Part shown: piece by piece, positions 46,264 to 55,633 of the stretch
Numbering within the stretch: position 1 is the stretch's first letter
Layout of the letters: each line of letters opens with the position of its first letter
Assembly (NCBI GenBank): GCA_017616555.1
Contig: JAFZXZ010000032.1
Location: 115,862-179,861 of the forward strand
Source of the DNA: a bacterium
GTDB lineage: Bacteria > Auribacterota > UBA3054
Reading direction: 5' to 3'
Length of the DNA stretch: 64,000 nucleotides
Notes under the pieces: generated by a model
Seen by the model: only the letters and a program-made list of their open reading frames with translations
What the model was told of the DNA's origin: nothing
Databases searched by the model: none
Translations under genes and position numbers: made by a program

Positions 46264-47524
46264 TTTTCCTGGAAAAGCAAAGAGCGAGCGTTAGGAGGGA
46301 AAGCAGCGGAAGGAAAACGATGTGCGAATAATCGCAGATGATCGAGCTAAGGTCGCGCTTACTGAAAACGAAAGTCACTTTGTGACGGCCCTTGGGAACA
46401 AGGACCGCCTGCTGCATAAGGTTGCAGCGGACGACGTCTGTTTTCACGCCGTCAACTAGAGCTTTCCAACCTTCCAAGGGTTCGCAAACGAGGACCGCAT
46501 AGCCCGGGAAGTCGAAATTCGCCTGCAGCTCAACTTTTTCCGGCGTGAAATTCACAAGGGAAACAGTGTTTGTGCCATCGCCTTTTTCCGTCGGTTCGCC
46601 AGATTGAATGAGGCAGACGGCGACAGGATCGGTCTCGGCTTTGTTCATAACTGCAAGCGCATCCTCAATTTTGGATATAAGGACGGCGCTTTGCGGAGCG
46701 TAGAAGCGAGGCAGAGTTTTCTCCAGTTCGCCGATAGTCTGGCGCTGGCCCTGGAAGCTGAAATTGCCGACAGGCTTATAGGCAACTCCTTCGCTCTTTA
46801 GATATGCGAGTTCCTCCGCGCCGCCCAAAACGTAGCGGACGTTCGCGTAGAGCAGGCGCTTTGCGATTTTGAGATCGTCGCCGTAGAAGAACGCTTTGCG
46901 CCAGACGCTGGGACGTGAATCCGCCGGCACGTCGATCGTAGGAATATCGTAAAGCGGGAAATACTCCGAGATCCAGGGATTGTAGAAAGCCTTGTTTATG
47001 GCGTGCACTCTGTAGAGCTTGTCAAGCTTCGCAAGCTTTTTGACGCCGTCCGGGCAGGAGAGATCGCGGTAATCGGGAATGATGTAGCGCGTCGCAGTGT
47101 ACAGGCCCTGAATGATAAGAACGGCAATGATCGCGCCGAGAACGAAGGCGCGCTTCTCTTTTCCTATATTGGCTCCGGAGCGAAGCAGGAGAATGGCGGC
47201 GCCGACAACGATCAAAGCGACGCTTCCCCAAAGCACAGCCCGAGAGCGCTGGGCGACGATCAAGCCAAGCTTACCGTCCGTCATCTGGGTAAGCTGGTTG
47301 TCTATCGCGCTCTTGGGCACGCCGCGCTGCCTAAGGATCTGGACCTGGCTCTGGATCATGGGATTCTGATTGAGGTCAGAGATCATTTCAGCGCGTTTAT
47401 TTGAAGAGAAACTTCCGCTTACGACGGAGAGGAAAATTAGCGTTCCCCAAAGCAGCAATACAAGCCAGAAAATAGTGAAGAGCTTGTCGCCGTTGCCTAA
47501 ATTTTGCCAGAAGCGCTTAAGCAT
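46253..47524 (-). CDS. YfhO-like membrane protein, C-terminal part
   Basis: It has three N-terminal TM segments, a large extracytoplasmic domain and a final TM. The 8-nt ATGCTTAA overlap with the upstream ORF suggests translational coupling. Confidence 0.4.
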   Translation of the reverse strand: MLKRFWQNLGNGDKLFTIFWLVLLLWGTLIFLSVVSGSFSSNKRAEMISDLNQNPMIQSQVQILRQRGVPKSAIDNQLTQMTDGKLGLIVAQRSRAVLWGSVALIVVGAAILLLRSGANIGKEKRAFVLGAIIAVLIIQGLYTATRYIIPDYRDLSCPDGVKKLAKLDKLYRVHAINKAFYNPWISEYFPLYDIPTIDVPADSRPSVWRKAFFYGDDLKIAKRLLYANVRYVLGGAEELAYLKSEGVAYKPVGNFSFQGQRQTIGELEKTLPRFYAPQSAVLISKIEDALAVMNKAETDPVAVCLIQSGEPTEKGDGTNTVSLVNFTPEKVELQANFDFPGYAVLVCEPLEGWKALVDGVKTDVVRCNLMQQAVLVPKGRHKVTFVFSKRDLSSIICDYSHIVFLPLLSLLTLALCFSRKNAE

Positions 47525-48755
47525 TGCTTTCCTCCCGGCAGAGTTTTGAAAATCCCAGGGCGCTCAAAGCTGAAAGGGCGAGCATTACCGGGTAGAGGAA
47601 CTTTATGGGGTTGCGCATGTCGCTCATCATCGGCAGATGATAGAAGATCCTGTACGGTCCGAAGCCCGAGGCGCTCCCCGGCGAAACGTCGCAGTAGCGT
47701 CCGTAGGAAAGCAAAAGCCCGATCAAAAAAACGATCGTCCAGAAGATCGCCAGGCCTTTTTCCTTCTCAAAGAAGAGAGAGGCGATGGCCAGGAGCGCCA
47801 GAAGAATTACGACGGCGCCTTCAGCTTGAGTGTTCAGGGAGAAATTCTCCATCCCGCCCTTGGGCCAGGACAGGCTTTGCCCGATCCTGCCGTAGTAGGG
47901 TCCGGTTTCGTCCTGGTTGCCCCAGCCCATGATGCCGGGGAAGACGAGCGAACCGGTTTCCGTAATCGGCAGCGACCACTGCGTCGCCCAGTCCCATTTC
48001 TGCAAGGGCGTTTCCGTCACAGTCTGGACTTCCGCGCCCTTTGCGCTCTTCGAGATCCCCAGCACGTAGAAGAAAGCGTGGGAGCCGAACGAGGCGAAGA
48101 CCAGGGCGGCTAGAACAAATCCCAAAAAGAGTTTGCCGAAGGCTTTTTTCTCCCAAGTCTTCCAGAGCAGGAAGAGCCCGAAAAAGAAAAGCACGATGAG
48201 CATGATGAATCCGATGTCGAACTGGTAGCGCAGGACCAGGGCAGAAAGCACGCCGCTCCAGACCATCGCCACGACGCTTCTTTTGTTAAGCGCTTTCGCC
48301 AGAGCGAAGAGGTCGAACATAAAGGCGGCCCACATCATGAACGTTCCGGCGTGACCACTAAAAACGCAGGTGATGTAGTGGCCCGAGAAAAGCAAAGAAA
48401 GCGCGCCGACAAAGGCTGGTAGGGCGGAAAGCCCCGTCTCCAGAAGGAAAAAGTAAAAGCCCAGCGCCGCCAAAAAGGCGCAGAGCGAAAAGACTACGGT
48501 GTTGTAAAAAGCGGGCGGCACAAACCGCCTGATAGGGGAATAGACTTCGTAGTTGGCCGTGTGTCCGTTTCCCAGGTAGCCGTCCTCCGACCACATTACT
48601 CCGCTCGGTTTGGCGGCTATCTGGGCTTTCCTTACGATCTGATGGAAAGGGGAATCGTTGGCCACTACGGGTTTCGGCGGCAGCAGCACGTTGTGAAAGA
48701 CTGCCGCCGTAACGACAAGAAGACCTAAGATGGAAAGAAGATGTTTGCGCATCAA
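47517..48755 (-). CDS. YfhO/ArnT-like polytopic membrane protein, N-terminal part
   Basis: It has about ten TM helices. Together with 46253..47524 it would give ~835 aa, the length of an intact YfhO-type protein. Confidence 0.4.
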   Translation of the reverse strand: MMRKHLLSILGLLVVTAAVFHNVLLPPKPVVANDSPFHQIVRKAQIAAKPSGVMWSEDGYLGNGHTANYEVYSPIRRFVPPAFYNTVVFSLCAFLAALGFYFFLLETGLSALPAFVGALSLLFSGHYITCVFSGHAGTFMMWAAFMFDLFALAKALNKRSVVAMVWSGVLSALVLRYQFDIGFIMLIVLFFFGLFLLWKTWEKKAFGKLFLGFVLAALVFASFGSHAFFYVLGISKSAKGAEVQTVTETPLQKWDWATQWSLPITETGSLVFPGIMGWGNQDETGPYYGRIGQSLSWPKGGMENFSLNTQAEGAVVILLALLAIASLFFEKEKGLAIFWTIVFLIGLLLSYGRYCDVSPGSASGFGPYRIFYHLPMMSDMRNPIKFLYPVMLALSALSALGFSKLCREESNA

Positions 48756-49852
48756 GCGGTGGTCTTGCGTCTGGCCGTGCCTTCTTTGTAGAAGGGCGTG
48801 GGAACGACTTCGGCTTCAAGAAGCTTGCGGCCGTTGTCGATCGCGAGTTTCGTGCCTAATTCGCAATAGTCTTTGTCAACGTAGGCGAAAGCGATGGCGT
48901 AGCCAAGTGAGGGAGCCAGGGATCCGCTCGTCACGGTGCCGACGACTTTGTCGCCGCTAAGAACGTTCTGGCCGTTGCGGCCGCTCTGCTTGGTCGTGAG
49001 CTGAAGTCCGACGAGTTTCCTCGGGGTGCCTTCCGCCAGCTCTTTCATGACGATGTCTCTGCCGATGTAATTCTCTTTCTCTTTGGCGATGGCGAAGGTT
49101 AGGCCGCTGGCGACGGGGGACATCGTGTCGTTCATCTCATGGCCGTAGAGCGGAAGCCCGCATTCCAATCTCAGGGTGTCCCTGGCGCCAAGGCCGGCGG
49201 GAACGGGAACGCCCGTTGCGAGCAGCGCGTCCCAAACGGGCTTGCACATTTCGACGTCGATGTAGATCTCGAAACCGTATTCGCCGGTGTAGCCGGTGCG
49301 GGAAACGATGGCGCGCTTGCCTAGAACTTTCGTCTCCACGAAGGTGTAATATTTCATCTCTTTGAGGTCGTATTCGCAGATCGGCTGCAAGGCTTCCGCG
49401 GAAGCGGGGCCCTGAAGGTCGAGTTTCGCGACCTGGCTGGAAGCCTCGTCGAATTTGGTGTCGGGGGAGAGGCGGGCGCTGATCCATTTGGCGTCGTTCT
49501 CACGCGTTCCGGCGTTCACCACCACCATGAATTTTTCTTCAGAGAGACGGTAGGTGATAAGGTCGTCCTGAGTTCCGCCCTGCTCGTTGAGAAGGAAGCC
49601 GTAACGGCAGCGGCCGATGGCCAGCGTGGAAAGCTCGCAGGTGAAGAGCTTGTTAAGGTCACTTAAAGCGTTGGGGCCGGAAACGAAAAATTCGCCCATG
49701 TGGCAGATATCGAAAAGAGCGGCTTTCGTGCGGCAGGCGGTGTGTTCCTCAACGATGGAAGTGTACTGGATGGGCATGTCCCATCCGCCGAAGGGAGCCA
49801 TCTTGGCGCCCATAGCGACGTGAACGTCATACAAGGGGGTTTTCAGGCACAT
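48752..49852 (-). CDS. gcvT: glycine cleavage system aminomethyltransferase T
   Basis: PLYDVH...GGWDMPIQY is the GcvT signature. Length is 366 aa. Confidence 0.85.
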   Translation of the reverse strand: MCLKTPLYDVHVAMGAKMAPFGGWDMPIQYTSIVEEHTACRTKAALFDICHMGEFFVSGPNALSDLNKLFTCELSTLAIGRCRYGFLLNEQGGTQDDLITYRLSEEKFMVVVNAGTRENDAKWISARLSPDTKFDEASSQVAKLDLQGPASAEALQPICEYDLKEMKYYTFVETKVLGKRAIVSRTGYTGEYGFEIYIDVEMCKPVWDALLATGVPVPAGLGARDTLRLECGLPLYGHEMNDTMSPVASGLTFAIAKEKENYIGRDIVMKELAEGTPRKLVGLQLTTKQSGRNGQNVLSGDKVVGTVTSGSLAPSLGYAIAFAYVDKDYCELGTKLAIDNGRKLLEAEVVPTPFYKEGTARRKTTA

Positions 49853-49882
49853 ATTTGTTTCCTTAGATTGTGTGGTTGGTTG

Positions 49883-50542
49883 CTATTTCTGGGGAACGTA
49901 GAGGACGTCGCCGATCTGCAAAGAGCTCTTTTCAGTGTTGTTCATCTTCATCAGAGTGGCGGAGGCGACGCCGAAAGTTCTGGCGATCTTGGAGAAAGTG
50001 TCGCCCGGCACTACGGTGTAGGTCGTGACGTCCGGGGCCTGGCTGATCTCGGAAGTGTCCGCTCTGAGAAGCAGGACTTTCCCGACAGAAAGAGTGGATC
50101 CGGGTCTCAGGCCGTTCAGATTGCAGAGCAATTTCTCATCGATGCCGTAGGCTTTGGCGATGCTTTCCGTGGTGTCGCCATTCATGCACTTGTGCAGGTA
50201 ATTCTTGGAATTGACGGCTGAGCCTTTGCTGACGTTGAGTCCGGCGGAAGCCGGAACCAACAGATCAGTGTCCGGTCCGCTCTTGTCGTCCTTGCTTACG
50301 GTGACCGTAGGCCCGGCGTTGCTGTCGGGAACGCTGATTGGTTTCTCAACGGCCGGACTGATGGTAGTCTCGGTCAGCAGGGCGGGCTTAAGGATAGGTT
50401 CGGGCGGTTCCGTCGGGGCGGAAAGCATAACTTCCGAGCTCTTGCGGCAGCCTAAAAAGGTCAGGGCAAGAGCAGCGGCCAAAAATAGATATAATTTCAA
50501 GGTATTCATACTCTTTATTCTACCAAAAGAGCGGATTTTCAT
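49883..50542 (-). CDS. LysM-domain lipoprotein
   Basis: It has a lipobox FLGC and two LysM motifs (YTVVPGDTFSKIARTFGV..., GDTTESIAKAYGI). Confidence 0.7.
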   Translation of the reverse strand: MKIRSFGRIKSMNTLKLYLFLAAALALTFLGCRKSSEVMLSAPTEPPEPILKPALLTETTISPAVEKPISVPDSNAGPTVTVSKDDKSGPDTDLLVPASAGLNVSKGSAVNSKNYLHKCMNGDTTESIAKAYGIDEKLLCNLNGLRPGSTLSVGKVLLLRADTSEISQAPDVTTYTVVPGDTFSKIARTFGVASATLMKMNNTEKSSLQIGDVLYVPQK

Positions 50543-50586
50543 ACAATTGCCTTGCTAAAAAACCGTCCTTTTCTTACAATATAAGT

Positions 50587-51942
50587 GTGAAAAGAAGTGT
50601 GTTTTACCGATGTGTGTGGGGTTTAAGGCTCCTTCTTTCCGCCCTGACGGTCGCTTGGGGCCTTTTCGTCTTCATTGGCTCAAATGAGTTTCTTCAAAAC
50701 TTGCCGATGTGCCAGCTGGGGCCGGCCGTTTTGCGCTCCTTCTTTGCTTTCGGTCTTAGCGCTATTGCGGTCGTTCTCACCATAGTGCTTCTGACGCTTT
50801 TCTTCGGCCGCCTGTTCTGCTCCTTCATGTGTCCTTTGGGCTCAGCTTTGAGTTTTATCGCGCTCTTTTTCAAAAAAGGGAAGAAAAAGATCTATCCCTT
50901 TATCGGCGGATCTATACTCGGCTTGTTCATCGGTTCTTTGGTTTTCGGAGTAGCCTTCGTTTTCCGTCTGCTCGACCCTTATTCGCTCTTCGGCCGAACG
51001 CTTACCGCGCCGCTTTGGTTCGGCGTTATTTTCCTTGCCGTTATTCTTGCCGTAACGTTTTTCTTCGGCAGGATCTTCTGCGCCAGCATATGTCCAGTCG
51101 GCCTGCTTCTCAGCCTTATCGCCAGAAGATCTGTTTTCGGCATGATCATTCCCAAAGAGTGCGTGCACTGCGGCAAATGCGAGAAGGTCTGCCCGACAGG
51201 CTGCATAGACCAAAAGCAAAGCAAAGTTAGCAACGCATACTGCGTCATGTGCCTGGATTGCCTGACGGTCTGCCCTAAGACCGGACCGACTTTTTCTTTC
51301 CTTTGGAAAAAATCGCAAGAGGAGAAAGCGCCGAACTTGGAGCGCAGACAATTTCTTATTTCCCTTTCCGTGGGCGCCGCGGTCGGCTTGATGGGCGGCG
51401 GACTTTTCAAGGCGGTCTCGAAGAAGCGCGCCAAAGAAGAAGGCGAAAAGGAACTTTTGGTAAGGCCTCCCGGCGCCATAACAGAAAGCTCTTTCTTAGC
51501 GAAGTGCACCGCCTGCGGGCTATGCGTTTCAAAATGCCCGCAGAAAGTGCTGACCTTGGGCCCGGCCGGTTTCGGCGCTCCGCGCCTTGATTTCAAAAAG
51601 GGCTCCTGCTCGCTTGATTGTACGCTTTGTTCCTCGATCTGCCCGACCGGCGCGCTGAGATCGATCGCGCCTGAAAAGAAGAAAACTTTCGTTATCGGCA
51701 AGGCAAATTTCAATGCAAAGAAATGCATCGTATTCCAGGGCGAAGGAGCCTGCGGGAAATGCGCCGCGTCCTGTCCGACCGCAGCCATAACCTTAAGAGC
51801 CAACGGCGCGCCGAAACTGGAAGCTGAAGCGTGCCTCGGCTGCGGCAAATGCCAGAATGTCTGTCCTATCGGTGCCATGCATGTCGCCGGCGCAGCGATA
51901 CAACATTATCTAGATGACCTGAACCAAGGAGCCTCACTATGA
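50587..51942 (+). CDS. membrane polyferredoxin, NapH-like N-terminus fused to NapG-like C-terminus
   Basis: There are four TM helices with two CX3CP motifs (CSFMCP and CASICP). Two cytoplasmic-type CxxCxxCxxxCP clusters follow. An internal Tat-like RRQFLISLSVGAAVG segment is followed by four more 4Fe-4S motifs. It has a GTG start. Confidence 0.6.
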   Translation: MKRSVFYRCVWGLRLLLSALTVAWGLFVFIGSNEFLQNLPMCQLGPAVLRSFFAFGLSAIAVVLTIVLLTLFFGRLFCSFMCPLGSALSFIALFFKKGKKKIYPFIGGSILGLFIGSLVFGVAFVFRLLDPYSLFGRTLTAPLWFGVIFLAVILAVTFFFGRIFCASICPVGLLLSLIARRSVFGMIIPKECVHCGKCEKVCPTGCIDQKQSKVSNAYCVMCLDCLTVCPKTGPTFSFLWKKSQEEKAPNLERRQFLISLSVGAAVGLMGGGLFKAVSKKRAKEEGEKELLVRPPGAITESSFLAKCTACGLCVSKCPQKVLTLGPAGFGAPRLDFKKGSCSLDCTLCSSICPTGALRSIAPEKKKTFVIGKANFNAKKCIVFQGEGACGKCAASCPTAAITLRANGAPKLEAEACLGCGKCQNVCPIGAMHVAGAAIQHYLDDLNQGASL

Positions 51943-53165
51943 ACAGACGCGAATTCCTAAAGACCGCCGCAGCCGTAGCGGCGCTCATCGCCCTGGGCGG
52001 CTGTAAGAAGGAAGCGAAGACCTCGGAGAAAAAACGGGGGACTATGACCTGTCGGGAATTCCCAGGCATTGGCGCGAAAGTTTCGCTTCTCGGCTACGGT
52101 CTCATGCGCATGCCGAAAGTCGGCAACGGTCCTGAGATCGACAAGGAAAAGGGCTTCGCTCTCATCGACGAAGCCATGAAGGGCGGCATCAACTACTACG
52201 ACACCGCTTGGTTCTATCATGACGGTCTTTCCGAAACTTTTGCCGGCGAAGCGCTCTCACGCTATCCGAGAGACAGCTACAACCTCGCCAGCAAGCTTCC
52301 CATGCGCCTCCTTGAAAGCGGCGAGCAGGCAGAGGAGATCTTCAATAAGCAGCTTGAGAAATGCAAGGTCGATTACTTTGACTTCTACCTTCTGCATAAT
52401 CTGAACGGCCCGCTTTGGGAAAAGACGCTTCATAACGGCGCGGTGGATTTTGCCATGACTTTGAAAGGCAAGGGCAAGATAAAACGCCTGGGCTTCAGTT
52501 TCCACGGCGACAATAAGGATTTTCCGAAGATCTTGGACTACACCAAGTGGGATTTCGTCCAGATTCAGGCCAATTACTTCGACTGGGATAATTTCTCCAA
52601 AGAGCAGTATGAGGAGGCGACCAAAAGAGGCATCCCGGTGGTCGTAATGGAACCTCTGAGAGGAGGGGAACTGGCCAACAATCTGAGACCGGCCGCCGTG
52701 GAAGTCTTGGAAGAAGCCAAGCCGGGCTCTACCCCGGCGCAGTGGGCCTTCAGGTTCATCGCCTCGAAGCCTAATGTCCTGACGGTCCTTTCCGGCATGA
52801 CGAAGATGGAGCACCTTAAAGAAAACCTCACCACTTTCTCGCCCTTCGAGCCCATAACGCAGGAGGAAGAGCAGGTCTTGGCGAAAGCTCTCCAGATCTA
52901 CAAAGAGGACGGCAAAGTGCCCTGCACCGGCTGCCGCTACTGCACGCCCTGTCCGGCGGGCGTCGCCATTCCCGACATCTTCAAACTTTACAACGAGTAC
53001 AGGACGAAGATGAGAAAGAGGGACGCCATGAGAGAATATGAAAACCTGGGCAAGGACGCCATGGCCACGGCCTGCGTAGAATGCGGCGCCTGCTTGAAAA
53101 AATGTCCGCAGAGCATCGACATTCCCAAGGAACTCAAACGCATTCATAAAGAACTGAAAGGATAA
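51939..53165 (+). CDS. Tat-exported lipoprotein aldo/keto reductase with C-terminal 4Fe-4S domain
   Basis: It has a twin-arginine motif (NRREFLK) and lipobox ALGGC. It has an AKR core (GINYYDTAWFY, DYFDFYLLHNL) and C-terminal CTGCRYCTPCP...CVECGACLKKCP. Confidence 0.7.
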   Translation: MNRREFLKTAAAVAALIALGGCKKEAKTSEKKRGTMTCREFPGIGAKVSLLGYGLMRMPKVGNGPEIDKEKGFALIDEAMKGGINYYDTAWFYHDGLSETFAGEALSRYPRDSYNLASKLPMRLLESGEQAEEIFNKQLEKCKVDYFDFYLLHNLNGPLWEKTLHNGAVDFAMTLKGKGKIKRLGFSFHGDNKDFPKILDYTKWDFVQIQANYFDWDNFSKEQYEEATKRGIPVVVMEPLRGGELANNLRPAAVEVLEEAKPGSTPAQWAFRFIASKPNVLTVLSGMTKMEHLKENLTTFSPFEPITQEEEQVLAKALQIYKEDGKVPCTGCRYCTPCPAGVAIPDIFKLYNEYRTKMRKRDAMREYENLGKDAMATACVECGACLKKCPQSIDIPKELKRIHKELKG

Positions 53166-53168
53166 ACT

Positions 53169-54419
53169 ATGAACAGAAGAGATTTCATCAAAGGCTCCCT
53201 GGCTATCGCCGCTCTGGCGGCCCTGGGCGGCTGCAAAGAAGGAAAGGAACCCACCGACGTGAAAGCAGGTAATAGCGAGAAAAAGCAAGGCGAAATGACT
53301 AAACGCAAACTCGGAAACATCGCCAGCGGCGTTTCCCTTTTGGGCTACGGCTTAATGAGGCTTCCCCTCAAAGACCGCAGGAATCAGGCGGAAATTGACA
53401 AGGAAAAAGCCCAGGAGCTTATCGACAGAGCTATGGCTGGCGGTGTCAACTACTACGACACCGCCTGGGTCTATCACCAGGGCATGTCGGAAAGATTCGC
53501 CGGCGAGGCTCTGAAAAAATATCCGAGAGAATCCTTCAATCTGGCGGACAAGATGCCGGTCTGGGAAGTCAAAAGCTTGGACGACGCCCAAAGGATCTTT
53601 CAGGAACAGCTGGACCGCTGCCAAGTGGATTACTTTGATTTCTATCTTCTGCACTCTCTTAACGGCGGCGCCTGGCCGAACGTCAGGGACCTGGGCGCTT
53701 TGGAATACGCCAGGAAGATGAGAGAGGAAGGCAAGGTTAAATACCTGGGCTTCAGTTTTCACGGCGACAATAAAGATCTGGCTGTCATAGCCGACGAGGG
53801 CGGCTGGGACTTCGCCCAGATACAATTGAACTACTTCGACTGGGACGACTACTCCAAAGAGCAGTACGAGATCCTAACCAGCCACAACATTCCCGTCATC
53901 GTCATGGAGCCTCTTAAAGGCGGCGAACTCGCCAATCTTCAGCCCAAGACGCTGGAGATGCTGACGAACGCCAGGCCCGGGACTACCGGCGCGCAGTGGG
54001 CTTTCGAATTCATCGCCTCGCTGCCAAACGTGCTGACCATCCTATCCGGCATGACTTTTATGGAGCATGTGGAAGAGAACCTCAAGACCTTCTCTCCCAT
54101 AGAGCCTCTTGGCGAGGAAGGCAAAGAGCTTCTTGTGAAGGTCAAGGAATTCATGAAGGAAGAAGGGAAGATCCCCTGCACCACCTGCCGCTACTGCACG
54201 CCCTGCCCGGTTGGCGTAGCCATCCCCGACATCTTCAAGATGTACAACAACTATCGCTCGTCTCTCATTAAGTGGATGTCCCAGCGGGAGTATTTCCAGC
54301 TTGACAAAGGCGCCCGCGCCGACGCCTGCGTGGAGTGTGGCGCGTGCCTGAAAAAGTGCCCGCAGAAGATCAACATCCCCGAAGAATTGAAGCGCGTGCA
54401 CAAAGAGTTCACAAGCTAA
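53169..54419 (+). CDS. Tat-exported lipoprotein aldo/keto reductase with C-terminal 4Fe-4S domain (paralog)
   Basis: It has NRRDFIK and ALGGC. The AKR and Fe-S motifs are collinear with the upstream paralog. Confidence 0.7.
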   Translation: MNRRDFIKGSLAIAALAALGGCKEGKEPTDVKAGNSEKKQGEMTKRKLGNIASGVSLLGYGLMRLPLKDRRNQAEIDKEKAQELIDRAMAGGVNYYDTAWVYHQGMSERFAGEALKKYPRESFNLADKMPVWEVKSLDDAQRIFQEQLDRCQVDYFDFYLLHSLNGGAWPNVRDLGALEYARKMREEGKVKYLGFSFHGDNKDLAVIADEGGWDFAQIQLNYFDWDDYSKEQYEILTSHNIPVIVMEPLKGGELANLQPKTLEMLTNARPGTTGAQWAFEFIASLPNVLTILSGMTFMEHVEENLKTFSPIEPLGEEGKELLVKVKEFMKEEGKIPCTTCRYCTPCPVGVAIPDIFKMYNNYRSSLIKWMSQREYFQLDKGARADACVECGACLKKCPQKINIPEELKRVHKEFTS

Positions 54420-54420
54420 T

Positions 54421-55125
54421 ATGGGAAAAGCTTTTCTTCTCATAGTTTGTTTTTCTTTTGCTCTTTTTGGCGCTGATGGACAAGACTTCTCCCAATCGTC
54501 TGACAATTGCGCAAAAACAGAGCAGCCGGAGTGGGTGCCTCCTCTGGAAAAGCGATTGTTATCGGAAAACATGGAGGAGGCTCTTACCAACTGGTTTGTT
54601 TTTGTCAAAGATTCTCTCAAAGAACTTAAAGACGAGGACAGAAATAGAATAAGGGAAAACTTCTTGAAAGAATGTGCCAAACCAGGACATTTTTCTCTTT
54701 CAGGTTTTTTGAAAGAGGCGGAAAAATTTTCCAAAAACAAAAATGCTCTTCATCTCAGCGGAGTGCATATGCTCTGCTACGATGTGTTAGATTCCAAACG
54801 TTATCTTGAAAGACTGGGCTTATACGAAAAGGTTTTGGCGATAGACATTTTTTTCAATGACTTGGAAGCGTTCTCAAAAAACATGGACAGATTTCTGGCG
54901 CTCGCCGAAGCGAGCCGTACTGCTCCATATAAGGTTAACGAAGTCAGTTCTCTTATGCCTGGCAGTTACTCTTGGGATATCAGGTTTTATGTTTCGAGAA
55001 CCGCTAACAAATACGACACATATTTGACGCAAAAGCAGCAAGCAAAAGTTAAGAGACTATCCTCGGATTTGCCAACTTTTAAAGAATTTTTAATATTTAT
55101 TTTCCGAAGTATTATTAGAATCTAA
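54421..55125 (+). CDS. hypothetical protein with N-terminal hydrophobic segment (low-GC islet)
   Basis: GC is ~40% against the ~58% background. The N-terminal MGKAFLLIVCFSFALFGA is signal-like. No domain was recognised. Confidence 0.4.
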   Translation: MGKAFLLIVCFSFALFGADGQDFSQSSDNCAKTEQPEWVPPLEKRLLSENMEEALTNWFVFVKDSLKELKDEDRNRIRENFLKECAKPGHFSLSGFLKEAEKFSKNKNALHLSGVHMLCYDVLDSKRYLERLGLYEKVLAIDIFFNDLEAFSKNMDRFLALAEASRTAPYKVNEVSSLMPGSYSWDIRFYVSRTANKYDTYLTQKQQAKVKRLSSDLPTFKEFLIFIFRSIIRI

Positions 55126-55159
55126 TTGATGATTTTTGCTTACTTTGTAAAATTATAAA

Positions 55160-55187
55160 AACGCATGCCTACCGGCGTGCGTTTTTT
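55160..55187 (+). terminator. rho-independent terminator
   Basis: The hairpin aacgcatgcc-tacc-ggcgtgcgtt is followed by tttttt. Confidence 0.6.
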
Positions 55188-55369
55188 GTCTCTTTTTTCC
55201 TACATTGAATATCTATAATGATAGTTTTTTCAAAAAAGCTATCAAAAATAGACTAGATCTGATAATATTTGCAATTGAAGAAAACTCACGTAGCAAAAAA
55301 ATCAAGAAAAAGGTCTGTGACTCAATTGTGATATAATTATGTCATAAACATAAAAGGAGGTTATATCAT

Positions 55370-55633
55370 ATGCCGACGATCATACCAATCAGGGACCTAA
55401 GAAAAACCAGCGAAATATCAGAAATGGCACACAGCAAAAAAGAACCTATTTTCGTGACGAAGAACGGTTACAGCGATCTTGTCATAATGAGCGCAGAATT
55501 GTATGACCGCCTTGTTAGAATAAGCAAGATAGACCAGGCTATCTTTGAAGCCGAAAAAGAAGTGGAGAAAGGCGGCAAAACAGTCGAGCTAAAGAAAGCT
55601 TGGAAAAAATTGGACAAAAAATATTATGGATAA
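55370..55633 (+). CDS. Phd/YefM-family type II antitoxin (no cognate toxin gene adjacent)
   Basis: MPTIIPIRDLRKTSEISEM...EPIFVTKNGYSDLVIMSAELYDRL is the Phd/YefM signature. An aaaggagg RBS is present. GC is ~42%. The 3' end overlaps a convergent gene by 10 nt. Confidence 0.7.
   Translation: MPTIIPIRDLRKTSEISEMAHSKKEPIFVTKNGYSDLVIMSAELYDRLVRISKIDQAIFEAEKEVEKGGKTVELKKAWKKLDKKYYG

Noticed and set aside
50979-51878. 299-aa minus-strand ORF; also 52257..53288 (343 aa) and 54042..54740 (232 aa)
   Set aside because: They are antisense to the polyferredoxin and AKR genes. Those genes carry clear Cys-cluster, Tat and AKR motifs on +.
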